Source of the DNA: Octopus sinensis
Taxonomy: Eukaryota
DNA: 64,000 bases
Direction of reading: 5' to 3'
Assembly (NCBI RefSeq): GCF_006345805.1
Contig: NC_042998.1
Location: 69,068,001 to 69,132,000 of the forward strand
Each line of letters begins with the position of its first letter. The stretch's first letter is position 1. The notes under the pieces were generated by a model that saw only the letters and a list, made by a program, of their open reading frames with translations, searched no databases and was not told the origin of the DNA. A program made the position numbers and the translations under genes. Shown here piece by piece: positions 49,813-64,000 of this stretch.

Positions 49813-50226
49813 AGAAATCTGCAGTTACTCTATCCAGATTACAAGTTCAGGTTTATACCTGTAATTATTGGGGCCCTGTGATATGTAACATACTGCCTAA
49901 ATACCAATCTTGAGAAATTAGGCTTCTCAAAATCGGAAAGGAGAAAGCTAATTCGAAGACTACAGCTCCAATTCATCACTGGAACTGTAAATCTGTAAAA
50001 CTTTCCAGAAGTTTATCATTTAAATATATATGAGCATGTCTAGATAATGTAACTATATCCGTGAGAAGACATGCATAAAACAAAACATACAAACATACAT
50101 AAATACATACATATCCTGTTGTTGATGTTGAAATTCCAATGAAGGAGCCTTGGATCTAGGTAAAAAAACTTGCTCTTTCTCTATTGGCAAGAAATCTTGA
50201 AATAAAACTGAACAATGACATACATA
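49813..50226 (+). mobile_element. 3' fragment of RLE-type (R4/Dong-like) LINE within (TACA)n
   Basis: 'RNLQLLYPDYKFRFIPVIIGAL*YVT..LNTNLEKLGFSKSERRKLIRRLQ' resembles an RLE C-terminus. Flanked by TACA repeats. Confidence 0.6.
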
Positions 50227-50405
50227 AGGTGTAAATACAGGGAAATGTGGCTACTATTAATTGTCAGTCAAGCTTCCACATTGAGGTCTTCTTCGTTGGC
50301 TCATACATACATGTATGCGTAAGCTAGCAGGGTGTTGTTTGAGGAAGATTGGTTGGTATTTTAAAGATTCCACGGCTTTTACCTATATATATATATATAT
50401 ATATA

Positions 50406-50456
<51 letters not shown>

Positions 50457-50624
50457 CGCAGGAGTGGCTGTGTGATAAGTAGCTTGCTTACCAACCACAT
50501 GGTTCCGGGTTCAGTCCCACTGCGTGGTACCTGGGCAAGTGTCTTCCACAATAACCTCGGGCCGATCAAAGCCTTGTGAGTGGATTTGGTAGACGGAAAC
50601 TGAAAGAAGTCCGTCGTATATATG

Positions 50625-50655
<31 letters not shown>

Positions 50656-50657
50656 TT

Positions 50658-50711
<54 letters not shown>

Positions 50712-51731
50712 TTGTGTGTCTTTGTTTGTCTCCCAACACCGCTTGACAACCGACGGTGGTGTGTTTACGTCTCCGTAACTTAACGGTTCAGCAAAAGAGA
50801 CTGATAGAATAAGTACTAGGCTTACAAAGAATAAGTCCTGGGGTCGATTTGCTCGACTAAAGGCGGTGCTCCAGCATGGCTGCAGTCAAAATGACTGAAA
50901 CAAGTAAAAGAGAAAAAGAGAAAGAGAAATACATTGCCGAATAAGGTATGTTGTGATCTGGGTAAGGATTGCCTATTATTTCTAATTAGTCTTTCTATCA
51001 TGTAGAGATTCTTTCGTTTGCATATATATATAGGAGTGGCTGTGTGGTAAGTAGCTTGCTAACCAACCACATGGTTCCGGGTTCAGTCCCACTGCGTGGC
51101 ATCTTGGGCAAGTATCTTCTGCTATAGCCCCGGGCCGACCAATGCCTTGTGTGTGGATTTGGTAGACGGAAACTGAAAGAAACCTGTCGTATATATGTAT
51201 ATATATATATGTGTGTGTGTGTTTGGGTGTTTGTGTTTGTTCCCCTAGCATTGCTTGACAACCGATGCTGGTGTGTTTACGTCCCCGTCACTTAGCGGTT
51301 CGGCAAAAAGAGAGCGATAGAATAAGTACTGGGCTTACAAAAAGAATAAGTCCCGGGGTCGAGTTGCTCGACTAAAGGCGGTGCTCCAGCATGGCCGCAG
51401 TCAAATGACTGAAACAAGTAAAAGAGTATATGCATAAAACAGCAGAGTGCGAGGAGATTTAGCTGTTAATTATAACAAGTCGAGATAGCACGTAAAGATC
51501 ACCACGCTGGCTCATAGGTATGATTAGTTGATGAGCTGGGTTCATTTTCCAGCAATTAAGCTACTAATTAGAAATCTCATTTGTTGGTTCGCGCATGCAT
51601 ATATACAAGCATAATTTTAGAGAGATTTGGCTATTACTTCTATGAAGGCTAGCTGAAACAGAGATATCCTTCAATGACTCAGACATATATATAGTGTGTG
51701 TGCCTGAGTATGTGTGCGGCGTGTGCGTGTG

Positions 51732-51789
<58 letters not shown>

Positions 51790-52729
51790 ATTTCTTTATT
51801 GCCCACAAGGGGCTAAACATAGAGGGGACAAACGGATTAAGACGATTACATCGATCCCAGTACAAAACTGGTACTTAATTTATCGACCCCGAAAGGATGA
51901 AAGGCAAAGTCGACCTCGGTGGAATTTGAACTCAGAACTATCTATCTACAACCCCACACACACATTCAAGCACATATATGCACGTGCATATCCGCGTGAA
52001 TACACGCACTCACACATTTCTACACATATATCACTACACTGGCCCAAGCAATATAGGTAGTTGAAGGAAAACGCAAGCCTTACCACAACGGAAGTAGAAG
52101 ATGCAGCTTATGTTTAGCAATTTAACGGAAAAGTGACGTATACTTGAAAACCGTCTTACTCCAGGGATATGCAAAACCAGAGACATTTACTGCTTGCTTG
52201 CACGAGCAGAAGTACATTCTCTGATACTGGTGTAAGCAACCACGTAAGTCAGTACAAAAACTCCTTCCCCGCCCACTGCTTTTCACGATCGACCCCATTC
52301 CAGTTTTTCCTTTTCCTTTCCTTCTTACACGTTTGTATCACCCCCCCCCCTCTATTCAGTTACGTTCTTCCCTGTCTTGCTTTCTTATATTTTCTGTCCT
52401 TGTCTCTTTTCTCCTTCCTGAACTTGATTTCAAAGCCGACCTTTTCCTCTGGAAACGGGGGGAAAAAATAAATAAGAAGCATTTCGATCCTCGGTCATGA
52501 GTTAGTGCTCCCACAATTTAATCGCAACTGCAAGCGGCAGTCGATAGATGATGGTGATGATGATTATGATGAAGTTGTCGGCGACGATGACGCCGCCGAT
52601 AGTGGCGGTGATGATGGTGATAATGATGGCATTCGTGGTGGTTATGATGTGATGGCAGTAATGCAACGGAATATTTTCTACCTGTTTACTCTGTGTTATT
52701 CCAGCGATGTGTGCGACAGAAGAATCCTC

Positions 52730-52770
52730 ACACGCACGCACGCACACACATGCACACACACACACACACA

Positions 52771-52803
<33 letters not shown>

Positions 52804-52873
52804 CAAGATATGCACACACAGACATACACACACACACATCAAGATATGCACACACAGACACACACACACACAT

Positions 52874-52904
<31 letters not shown>

Positions 52905-53016
52905 CACGTGCATACATGCGTACATATATACATACATACAAGTGCATAAGCACAGACACACGCATACAGACACATCAAGATATGCGCATACATATACATA
53001 TTCACACACGCATATA

Positions 53017-53048
<32 letters not shown>

Positions 53049-53115
53049 TATATATATAATATATATATATACATACACATACATACATGCATACATGCAT
53101 GCATACATACATACA

Positions 53116-53176
<61 letters not shown>

Positions 53177-53227
53177 TATATTCACACACATACATTCATG
53201 TGTACACACACACACACACACACACAC
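52730..53227. repeat. Compound (CA)n/(TA)n/(TACA)n microsatellite; similar tracts at 41130-41770, 42740-42864, 45080-45437, 49108-49222, 61668-61972, 62260-62332
   Basis: Directly visible simple repeats. Confidence 0.95.
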
Positions 53228-53855
53228 AAACGAAGACTAGCGTTACTAACATCCGCTCATATAAAAAGATTACTTTCAGTGGAGACGATATTCAATTTCA
53301 AAAAGAACCTTAGATTATTGAAACACGAAGGAATCTTGCCGTATAATTCTGTAATTATGTGTTAACCAGCCCCAGCTTCGTTCATGTGCACTCACACACT
53401 CTTACACACACACACGCACGCATTCTCTCTCTCTCTCCCTCTCCTCTCCCTCTTACTCATACATTCTCTCCTCCTGTCTCATTCATACACACTATCTCCT
53501 TTCTCACTCTCCGTTTTTACTCGCTGCCCTCTGTTACTCCACCTCCCACCGCTACCCCTACTCCAGACCCTAACTATCGGTGCAACCCCCTATTAGCGGC
53601 AGAAGATATGTGTTTGCTTATGAAATAGAGAAACGGAGAGATAAAATGGCTATCAACATGAAAATAACTCAACTTTGTAATGTAATCAGCTCTCCTCCTT
53701 GGAATTTCATTTGTTAGGTATTTATAGTGATGTTGTGTCTATGCGAGCGTGAGCACATATGTGTGTGTGTGTGTGTGTGTGTGTTTGATGTGCTTATGTA
53801 ATATATGTGTTTGATCTTGTGCCTTTTATGCGTGTGTGCGTTTGATGTTTCTGTA

Positions 53856-53900
<45 letters not shown>

Positions 53901-54300
53901 ATTTATTTCATTTACAATTAGTCTCACCTTTTCTGCAAAACATGCCAGATTCTAGAGCAATTTGGCAAGATAATATCTATTAACAACACTTCGCTACAGC
54001 TTCAAATGTAAGGTTAGACATTAGATGAAATCGATTTATTTCCAATCAGATATCAATAAATACCTTTAATTCCCACCACTTAAATCCCTTTTTACTTAAA
54101 TTAATTTTCCCTAAGGATTCCAGAATTTTGAAAGATCTATCAACTCAATAAACCTGTTTTATCAATAGACAAAAAACTAATTATCCAAACTGAATAATTA
54201 ATATGTAAATGAATAATTACAGATCTTCGTTTGCAGTCTTTTATACTCGCAAGCTTCAGTTTGGTTTCCGTGCCTTGCTCTCACGTATGGTCACGAATAT

Positions 54301-55436
54301 TCTTTTCTACTCAAGGCACAAGGCCCGAAATTTTGGGGGAGGGGGGCCAGTCGATTAGATCGACCCCAGTACGCAACTGGTACTTAATTTTTCGACCTCG
54401 GAAGGAAGAAAGGCAAAGTCGACCGTGACAGAATTTCAACTCAGAACGTAAAGACAAACGAAATACCTATTTCTTTACTACCCACGAGGGGCTAAACACA
54501 GAGAGAACAAACAAGGACAGACACACGGATTAAGTCGATTATATCGACCCCAGTGCTTAACTGGTACTTAGTTTTATCGACCCCGAAAGGATCCCGAAAG
54601 GATGAAAGGCAAAGTCAACCACGGCGGAATTTAAACTCAGAACGTAACGGCAGACGAAATACCGATAAGCATTTCGCCCGGCGTGTTAATGTTTCTTATT
54701 TCTTTTTTGCCCACAAGGAGCTAAACGCAGAGGGGACAAACAAGGACAGACAAAGGGATTAAGTCGATTACATCGACTCCATTGCGTAACTGTTACTTAA
54801 TTTATGGACCCGAAATGATGAAAGGCAAAGTCAACCTCGGCGGAATTTGAACTCAGAACGTAACGGCAGACGAAATACATATTTCTTTATTGCCCACAAG
54901 GAGCTAAACATAGAGGGGACAAACAAAGACAGACAAAGGGATTAAGCCGGCGGAATTTGAACTCAGAATGCAACAGAAGACGAAATACCGCTAAGCATTA
55001 CGCCCGGCGTCCTAACATTTTTGCCAGCTCACCGCCTTTCTCTTTCTGTAAGCACAAGGCCCGAAATTTCGGGGGAGGGGCCCGTCGATTATATCGATCT
55101 CCAGTACGAAACTGGTACTTAATTTATGGACCCCGAAAGGATGAAAGGCAAAGTCGACCTCGGCAGAATTTGAACTCAGAACATAACGGGAGACCAAATA
55201 CCTATTTCTTTACTACCCACAAGGGGCTAAACACAGAGAGGACAAACAAGGACAGACAAACGGATTAAGTCGATTATATCGACCCCCAGGGCGTAATTGG
55301 TACTTATTTAATTGACTCCGAAAGAATGAAAAGCAAAGTCGACGTCGGCAGAATTTGAACTCAGAACATAACGGCAGGCGAAATACCGCTAAGCATTTCA
55401 CCCGGCGTGCTAACGATTCTGCCAGCTCGCCGCCTT
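54301..55436 (-). repeat. Nested/tandem cluster of about six family-B SINE copies
   Basis: Repeated 'gaaaggatgaaaggcaaagtcgacctcggcggaatttgaactcagaac' cores, with head-truncating junctions at about 54466, 54878 and 55201. Confidence 0.85.
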
Positions 55437-55444
55437 CGTATGAT

Positions 55445-56310
55445 CATGGATATTAAGCAATGATTGAAAGAGGACGATCACGAATGCAAGCAGCCGAAAT
55501 GGGGTTCCTCCGAAACACCTCTAGAGTAACATTACGCGACAGGGACGTAGGTCGGGGTGGGGGGGCAGAGAGTCTCTTCAGGTCGAGCCGCGACTTCTCT
55601 GCATCGTGACGTCACATACTCCGGTAAACACGTACATGTGATTAGAATGTCTTTGGAAAGAATCGCAAGACAGATTCTTCAAACCGAGCCAACCGCCAGG
55701 AGTCCTACAGATTGACCAAGGATGAGCTGTTTGAATAATATCCACTGTAGTGACGCCATTTTGGAAGTCTTCAGCGCGCATGCGCGGAGTTGGATTTCTT
55801 CCGGGAGGCCTGCCGGAAGTTTCCTCATGCGCATGCACAGAGAACTAGCAGCAGCAAAATTTCCCGCTGTATCAATCTCTCTCGAAGGCTGACAGCGAAC
55901 AGAACGGACGTGTTTAGCCAGCTCTACCAAGCTGCCACAACGTGGCGATGCTACACTATACTGGAACGAGACAAGATTTGGCTCACTCCATTTGACTGCT
56001 TCGACTAGCTCCTAGGCTACCGATTCGCCCGGAAAGAAATGTATATATATATATTGCGAATCCAGAAATTAAAATATTTATGCTGTTTGAAGATATTCGG
56101 AAGTCTTGGCTTTTTCCTTTCGATAAATAATTTAATGTAAGGAATGAGAGCTGCACCTCTCCAGTGTTACAGACTTTTCATCCTGTTACACCATCATCTC
56201 TGCTGGTCACGCATGTGAATCCAGCTGGAGAGTGTAATGACCGTTACTTCTGAGAGGACCCTATGGATGAGGTTCTTGGGAACTCTATCCGTGTGGAACA
56301 CATGCTGGTC
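55445..56310 (+). mobile_element. RTE LINE 3' fragment interrupted by a solo LTR
   Basis: 'RMQAAEMGFLRNTSRVTLRDR' ... 'HVIRMSLERIARQILQTEPT..PRMSCLNNIH' stops at 55745 and resumes at 56191 as 'HLCWSRM*IQLESVMTV'. Confidence 0.75.
55746..56190 (+). mobile_element. Solo LTR (445 bp)
   Basis: TGTAGTGA...GTTACA termini resemble those of the 582-bp LTR in its sense orientation. 4-bp TSD CCAC/CCAT with one mismatch. It splits a contiguous RTE reading frame. Orientation inferred from terminal similarity. Confidence 0.7.
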
Positions 56311-57215
56311 CTCGCACTGCACGAAAACAACGTGATATGAAGTGTTTTGCTCAAGAACACAACACGCTGCCCGGTCCGGGAATCGAACCCACAACCTAAC
56401 GATTGTGAGTGTAATGCGCCTTCACAGAGAAGACAGGTGGATAAAATTTCGAATATTGATCATAGACTCCTAGTATTAACTTTGAGAACGTCCAGGGTTC
56501 ATTGACCTACAGTTGGCAAGCGCTACCATAATCGTTTGATGTCAACACGTGTCATTCTTTAACGATGTAATAGATATTGAGACAACATTGATCCTGGCAT
56601 CTCCCTAGACATGTTTTAATCAATAGTATTTAGTCACTAAAGAGCTACAGTTAGCCAGACCCATAGAATCCGACAAACTTCACTGACAGAAGCATCTGAC
56701 AAAGGTTTTGATAACAGCTTGATTGGTCCCGAAAGACTAATGATTTTCAGGATATTATTTGTAATATCAAATCTTTTAACACTGTGAAAACGAAGGAACA
56801 ATGTTACCTGTAACAACAGAGAGGTTAATAGCAAGAAAGACAACTTCCATTAGCAGTATTTCTGATACAATTCCACAAATGTGTTGTTTGTGTGGTTTTC
56901 TAAGGAGAATGTGTGGCTCTCCTAGAGTTTTGAAGTGCTGAGACGTTGAGGAAAGATCAGATAAGTTTTATTTTATATTTAATAAAGCAAGCGGGAATCT
57001 CTTCGCCAGAAAACATCCCCATATAATGGTTTCTTTTTAGCTTCTGGTCCCTTGCCAAGAAGAACCTCAGTAACGTGTCACTCTTCAGCCAAGATTAAAA
57101 AAAAATTCAAAGCAAGAAATACAAGGGAAACAACCAAGGGTGGTGACCGTGTCCACGAGAAACAATTTCACTTCTAAAATCATTGAAAAAGTCAAGAGGC
57201 ATAACTTAGTCGAGT

Positions 57216-57272
<57 letters not shown>

Positions 57273-58737
57273 CACGACGACGACGTAACACCTCACAACT
57301 CCTATGCTATGTAACTCACCCCACTGTAGAAGAGAAGGGCAGTGACCACGATCTGAGACTGGACAGGGGTAAGGGAGGTATCATTTTAATGTGGTGTTGC
57401 TTAGTCATAGAATTTTTGTTGGTGGTGCACAATATTGGACAGGCTCTGTGTCAAGACAAGAACGACTGATATTTATCTAACTTGATATATATATATATAT
57501 ATATATTTTTACGAACCCGCAACGTTTATGTCTACATCTGTATATATATTTGATTTAATGGAACAACATTCACGAGATAATAAACATAATAGTTAGGAAT
57601 GTTTTGTAACATAATATGCTAAATAATTATATGAAAGTAGCGTGCAATTATTGAAGAGGAATTAAGCAGAAAGAGTTAAAACTACTACTCGTAATTAATG
57701 CAAGTTATTCAACATAACAACTCAAGGACGGTACTACATGTCGAACACAACACTAGCATGTTAAGTAAGAAAAATCTGAAAAGGGTAAGAGACCAACTTA
57801 TTAAGCAGAGTGACATGGCTTTATACTCATTGTTGAGTAACTCTGGTCTGAGGTTGAATTCTCCAATTTTAATAACAGTAAGTAAAAATTTCCGGAACTT
57901 TCGATCAAACTATTTGGGGGGTAAAAAAAAACATGCACATTTCCTTAGAAGTTCCCTCAATCAACCATAACAAGTCAGCCAATTTTGATTAGTCAAGCCG
58001 TATTCCCGTAGGCATCAATCCCTTTTATAGTAATACATTGGCTTTTATGGTGATCGTGGTCCTGAATTGGGAAAATCTGAGAGCGATGAGAAGAGCAGGG
58101 GCCGCACTACATCCTCAAACGGGAAACCTGGCCTGAATGGGTGAGGCAGAATGGGCTCCATTGAAGTCACTCACGGTGCCAAGTGGTGGTGCTTAACCGG
58201 GCGATGGATTAAATCTGCCACCCAAATAGGCTGTGGCTGGTTTTGAAAGTAAAACATCAAGAGCCGGAGACAAATACCGTAAGTCGCCTGGTCAGCCGAC
58301 ATTTTTACAATTTCCGCCAATCGATCGCTCCTGGATTGGTACATAATCCTGTTACGACAATAACACTACACACTACTACTACTACTACTACTACTACTAA
58401 TGCTGCTGCTACTGTTGCTGCTGCTGCTGCTGCTGCTGTTGCTGCTGCTGTTGCTGCTGCTGTTTCTAAAGAAAGATGAAAAGGCTGTTTACATATGAAG
58501 GATGTCAAGGATGTTACAATTCAATATTCCATGTTTATATATTTATTCCTTAAAACACTGTTTACCACAGCAACGTCCGGGCGGAGAGTCAGCAGCAGCA
58601 GCACCACCATCATCACTATCATCATCGTTGTCGTCACCACCACCACCACCACCTCAGTATCATCATCGTCATTATCATCACCAACAGCAGTGATTATGAT
58701 TGTTTGAATAAGTTGGGTTTTGGATGGATAGGTAGAT

Positions 58738-59782
<1,045 letters not shown>

Positions 59783-60561
59783 TGTATTTTATCACTATTG
59801 TTAAAACGAAACAAATAAAAAGAAAAACGAAAAAGGAACCCCACTAAGTAAGCTAATATTTTCTCGGTTAATTACCTTCAAACAGCAAACCTAACATTGA
59901 GTGGTTTTTCACAGCAAATTTTTTAGCGGTAAATTATCTTGAAATAAAGCAGAGAAAAATGTGTGCAATGAAGTGAACTATGTGGGCAGAAAACATTACC
60001 TTTGTTGTAAGGAAAAAGAAATTTTTGCATTACGTGAGTAAACAATGAAACGAAGGCTTTCAGGAAAGGCTGTTTCGTCGAAATTCTTTTTAGTATTTAT
60101 ATTAATCAAAGGTGAGAAAGGAATTATTATACGGTGGTTACATGTTTGTTTGGTTTTAGATTATGAATTACCAGTTATCGAGTTTACCTCTGTTGGTTCA
60201 GTTCTGAGTTTAGGACTTTGAGTTTTCTCATGGAAATTAACATCTTATGACTGACTGGATTGGTGACCCTCACTTCCTAATATTCAAAATTTTTATTTCT
60301 TATTACATGATGATGATGATAATTTTCTTTTATATAATAACAATAATAACAATGCTAGAACAGTAATAATTCTCTCTACTATTAGCACTAGGCCTGGAAT
60401 TTAAGATCCCAGTAATCAACAGGTACTTATTTTATCAACCCCGAAAGGATGAAGGGCAAAGTTAACCCCGGTAGGATATGAAAAGAGAGCGTAAAGAGCT
60501 GGAGAAAATGCCGCTACGTATTTTGTCCGACGCTCTAACGATTAGGCCACCTTATGTCCTT

Positions 60562-60594
<33 letters not shown>

Positions 60595-61059
60595 CCTTTC
60601 TACTGAAGGTACAAAGCCTGAAATTTTGGGGGAGGGGACCAGTGGATTATATCGACCCTAGTGTTTCATTGGTACTTAATTTATCGATCCCGAAGAGACG
60701 AAAGGCAAAGTCAACCTCGGTGGAATTTGAACTCAGAACGTAGCGACGGGCGAAATGCCGCTAAGCATTTCGCCCGGCGTGCTAACGATTCTGCCAGCTC
60801 ACCGCCTTCTTAACAACAACAGCAGCAACAACAACAATAATGAGAATAATCCTTTTTACTATAGGCATAAGGTCTGAAATTTGGGGGAAGGGGATAGTCA
60901 ATTATATCGACTCCAGTACTCAACAGGTACTTATTTTATCGACCCCGAAAGGATGAAAGGCAAAGTGGACTTCGGCGGAATTTGAACTCAGAACGCAGCG
61001 ACGGGCGAAATTACGCTAAGCATTTCGTCCGGCGTGCTAACGATTCTGCCAACTCAACG

Positions 61060-61660
61060 AGTTTGATCAAATGAAGATCGGTAAAAACTCAGAGAACAAA
61101 TGATGAATTCGTGGAAACGGAGACGAAAGTATTTAGCCATTTCGTGAGAATGCAGCTCTTTAATACAGTATAAGTGTAGGCAAGAGTGTGTAGGAAAAAG
61201 AGTGCATTGGGATATTAACCGATTGTGGTGCTTCGAAACAGCAGTAAAGAATATGAACTCAGACGGGAGACTGTGATAAAAGAATTTCAAGATTTTATGG
61301 GATTTTCCCACAAAGATTGACCATGCTATTGAAACAAGGTTATCATCTTGGAGGACAAAAGTAAGAGTGTAAGATCATAGATTTTGTAATACTATCTGAT
61401 AACAGGGTGGATACAAAAAGAAAAAAAATAGCAAGAGATTTGAAAAGAGTGTGGAAGACTACGACAGTTATTCCTTTGGTAATTTGTATATTTGGCAGAA
61501 CTCCCAAACGGTTACCTAAGAGGCCGAAGGAAATTCGAATAGAGACTCGTTCTGTCGACCTGAAAAAGAAGTGGCATCCTGTGTAGTGTACAAGAATCGT
61601 TGGAAATGTTCTTGAGATTTGAGGAAACCTGTAGACAACTTTCCTGCTAATATAGCATGT
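61060..61660 (+). mobile_element. R4/Dong-like RLE LINE 3' fragment followed by (CTA)n
   Basis: Frameshifted remnants of 'CVGKRVHWDI', 'FQDFMGFSHKD' (ILWDF region), 'IIDFVILSDNRV', 'TTTVIPLVI' are consistent with a CCHC plus PD..D/E-x-K endonuclease C-terminus. Confidence 0.65.
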
Positions 61661-61797
61661 AATAGCTTACTACTACTACTACTACTACTACTACTGCTAC
61701 TGCTGCTACTGCTGCTTCTGCTGCTACTACCACTGCTACTACTGCTACTACTACTACTACTACTACAACTGCTGCTGCTACTACTACTACTACTACA

Positions 61798-61830
<33 letters not shown>

Positions 61831-61912
61831 ACTACTACTACTACTACTACTACTGCTGCTACTACTACTACTACTACTACTACTACTGCCGCTGCCGCTG
61901 CCACTACTACTA

Positions 61913-61949
<37 letters not shown>

Positions 61950-62256
61950 TACTACTACTACTACTACTACTAGTTTCAACTTTTGTCACAAGACCAGCAA
62001 TTCTGGAGGAGGGAGTAAGTCGATTATATCGACTCCAGTGTCTAACTGGTACTCATTTTTCGACTCCGAAAGAATGAAAGACAAAGTCAACCTCGGCGGA
62101 ATTTGAACTTAGAATGTAAGGACGGGCAAAATACTGCTAAGCATATTTTTTTAAACTCTCCTCTTTCCTGTCTCTTCTTCATTATCCTTCTTATCTCTTA
62201 TCTTTCTCTTTATTACTCTCCTCTCCTCTCCTCTTTCAACTCTTCTTTTCTTCACT

Positions 62257-62338
<82 letters not shown>

Positions 62339-62749
62339 TTAGATTCTTCGCTCTCTCCCCACAACAACTGGCCTGGCCCAGCAGCAGCAGCTACCCTGTC
62401 AACTTCCACCTGAACCAACAAAAATATCCCGAACAAAGGTTATAGGCGTAGGCATGGCTGTGATGTTGTGATGTTAAGAACTTCCCTTCGGAATTATGTG
62501 GTCGCAGGTTCACTCTCACTGCGAAGTATGTGGGACAAATATCAACCATTGCCTCCATGTCAGTGAAATTTGTTAACGGAAAGTGAAGCACCGTTCCTGT
62601 CCAGGGATTGGTAGTTATAATCCATCGCTCGGTTTAAAACCACCGGATGGTCCTTGGGTGCCTTTTGCAATGTTTCCCCCCCCCGTTCCAAGCATTTTAG
62701 TTTGAAGTCAGGTCTGGAAATAATTGGTTCCGTTCCTTCCGTCACTTAC

Positions 62750-62795
62750 AGACACCCTTGAAAAGACGCCAGAGGTACTGCCCTCCCTCTTCTGA
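62750..62795 (-). CDS. Candidate 46-nt internal exon of an unidentified minus-strand gene
   Basis: Long polypyrimidine tract plus ...cttactttag| acceptor and |gtaagt donor. Open in all three frames (phase 0 gives SEEGGQYLWRLFKGV). Confidence 0.4.
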
Positions 62796-64000
62796 CTAAA
62801 GTAAGAGAGAGAGGGGGGGAAGAGAGTAGGAGAGAGAGAAGTGGGAGAAAGAGGGATGGAGGGAGAAAAGAAAAAATAAAGATAAAAATAAAGACAGAGA
62901 GAGAGAAGGAAAGAGAGTGAGAAAGGGAAAGAGAGAGAGAGAGAGAGAGAGTGAGAGAGTGAGAGAGAGAGAGTGAGAGAGAGAGAGTGAGAGAGAGAGA
63001 AGTGTGTCCCAAAAGAAATGTGATCGTGAAGAAATATTCCCGGAAATTGTATATTTCATCGCCATTAGTGCAGGATTAGAGGATGGCAGTGATTGATGAC
63101 TGATGAGAATACGATTAAAGAATAATTTAAACAAGACAACGAACCACCCAAGCTTCTGGCAACCCTCACCATCCTCTTTGTTATTTATATCATCTTGCAG
63201 TAACAATCAAGAAAAGTGTTGAAGAAATAAACAGATGCATTCCGCCCACAGAAAACAACCCCCACCACCAAAAACAAACAAACAAACAAACAAAAAAAAA
63301 CATGAGCATGGATATTCAGAATTGAGAAGAATTTTGGCAAAAAGAATCGCGAATATGTTTGGAAAAAACATCAGAACACTTGTGATAAGAATTCATGTGA
63401 AAAAAGAAATGCATTTTATTCTTTAGTCACCGGATGAAAAAGAATGTTAAGTGACAAGTCCGTCGCTTACAATGACGAGACTTCCGGTTGATCCGATCAA
63501 CGGAACAGCCTGCTCGTGAAATTAACGCTCAACAGACACTCGCACCCTCAACGTGGTTCTCAGGGAGATTCAGCGTAAAGCAGAATGTGACAAGGCTGGT
63601 TCTTTAAAATACAGGTACAACTCATTTTTACTAGATGAGTGGACGAAAACAGCGTGAAATAAAGTGTCTTGTTCGCTAGGAATCGAACTCATGCCCTTAC
63701 GGTCGTGAGCCGAATACCCCTAACCAATAAACCACGCACCTTCACACGTGTCAACACCCTCGCCACTAGGCCACACCTATTGACAAGGCGCGTGGAATGA
63801 AGTGCAGATCAGAAACAACTACGAGAAGAAACAGCTTCCTGTAAGTTGCAGGTTGTTGACCAGAGAATCTTTGCTAATCAACCAGATGGCATCTTACAAT
63901 CTATTTCTGAAATTAATGTGCTTCTGTCAAGGCGACGAGCTGGCTGAAACGTTAGCACGCCGGGCGAAATGCGTAGCCGTATTTCGTCTGCCGTTACGTT

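Noticed and set aside
55607-55614. CRE palindrome TGACGTCA
   Set aside because: Falls inside the decayed RTE ORF2 frame, outside the LTR; likely a chance product.
56637-57915. Exon-like frames (FDRKFRKFLLTVIKIG..., LRR-like VKRFDITNNILKII)
   Set aside because: Donor sites are weak or ambiguous and the region is mixed with probable LINE remnants; not supportable without RNA data.

Overview
Eukaryotic, AT-rich and repeat-dense DNA. The SINE families, RTE tails and microsatellite load point to a coleoid cephalopod (Octopus-like); this is inference. The one confidently reconstructed protein gene is CDC6 on the + strand: 10 coding exons from 11435 to 32485 join in frame through GT-AG introns to give 533 aa with Walker A GAPGTGKT, Walker B LVLDEIDQL, sensor motifs and a winged-helix C-terminus. 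A putative non-coding first exon with an E2F/CCAAT promoter lies near 6.1-6.26 kb. A second, unidentified convergent gene on the - strand is suggested by splice-consistent exons at 33.0-33.3 kb and 62.75-62.8 kb. The rest is RTE and R4/Dong-type LINE remnants, tRNA-SINEs, mariner/Tc1, piggyBac and hAT MITEs, a young internally deleted Gypsy element with a tRNA-Trp PBS nested in a mariner MITE, two solo LTRs and large microsatellites. The most unusual signals are two families of short elements carrying Penelope-type minimal hammerhead ribozyme motifs (one fused to a tRNA-derived Pol III head and found as inverted pairs inside CDC6 introns), and SINE multimers joined repeatedly at the same nucleotide. 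No CRISPR array, rRNA or intact tRNA gene was seen. All alignments and folds were done by eye.
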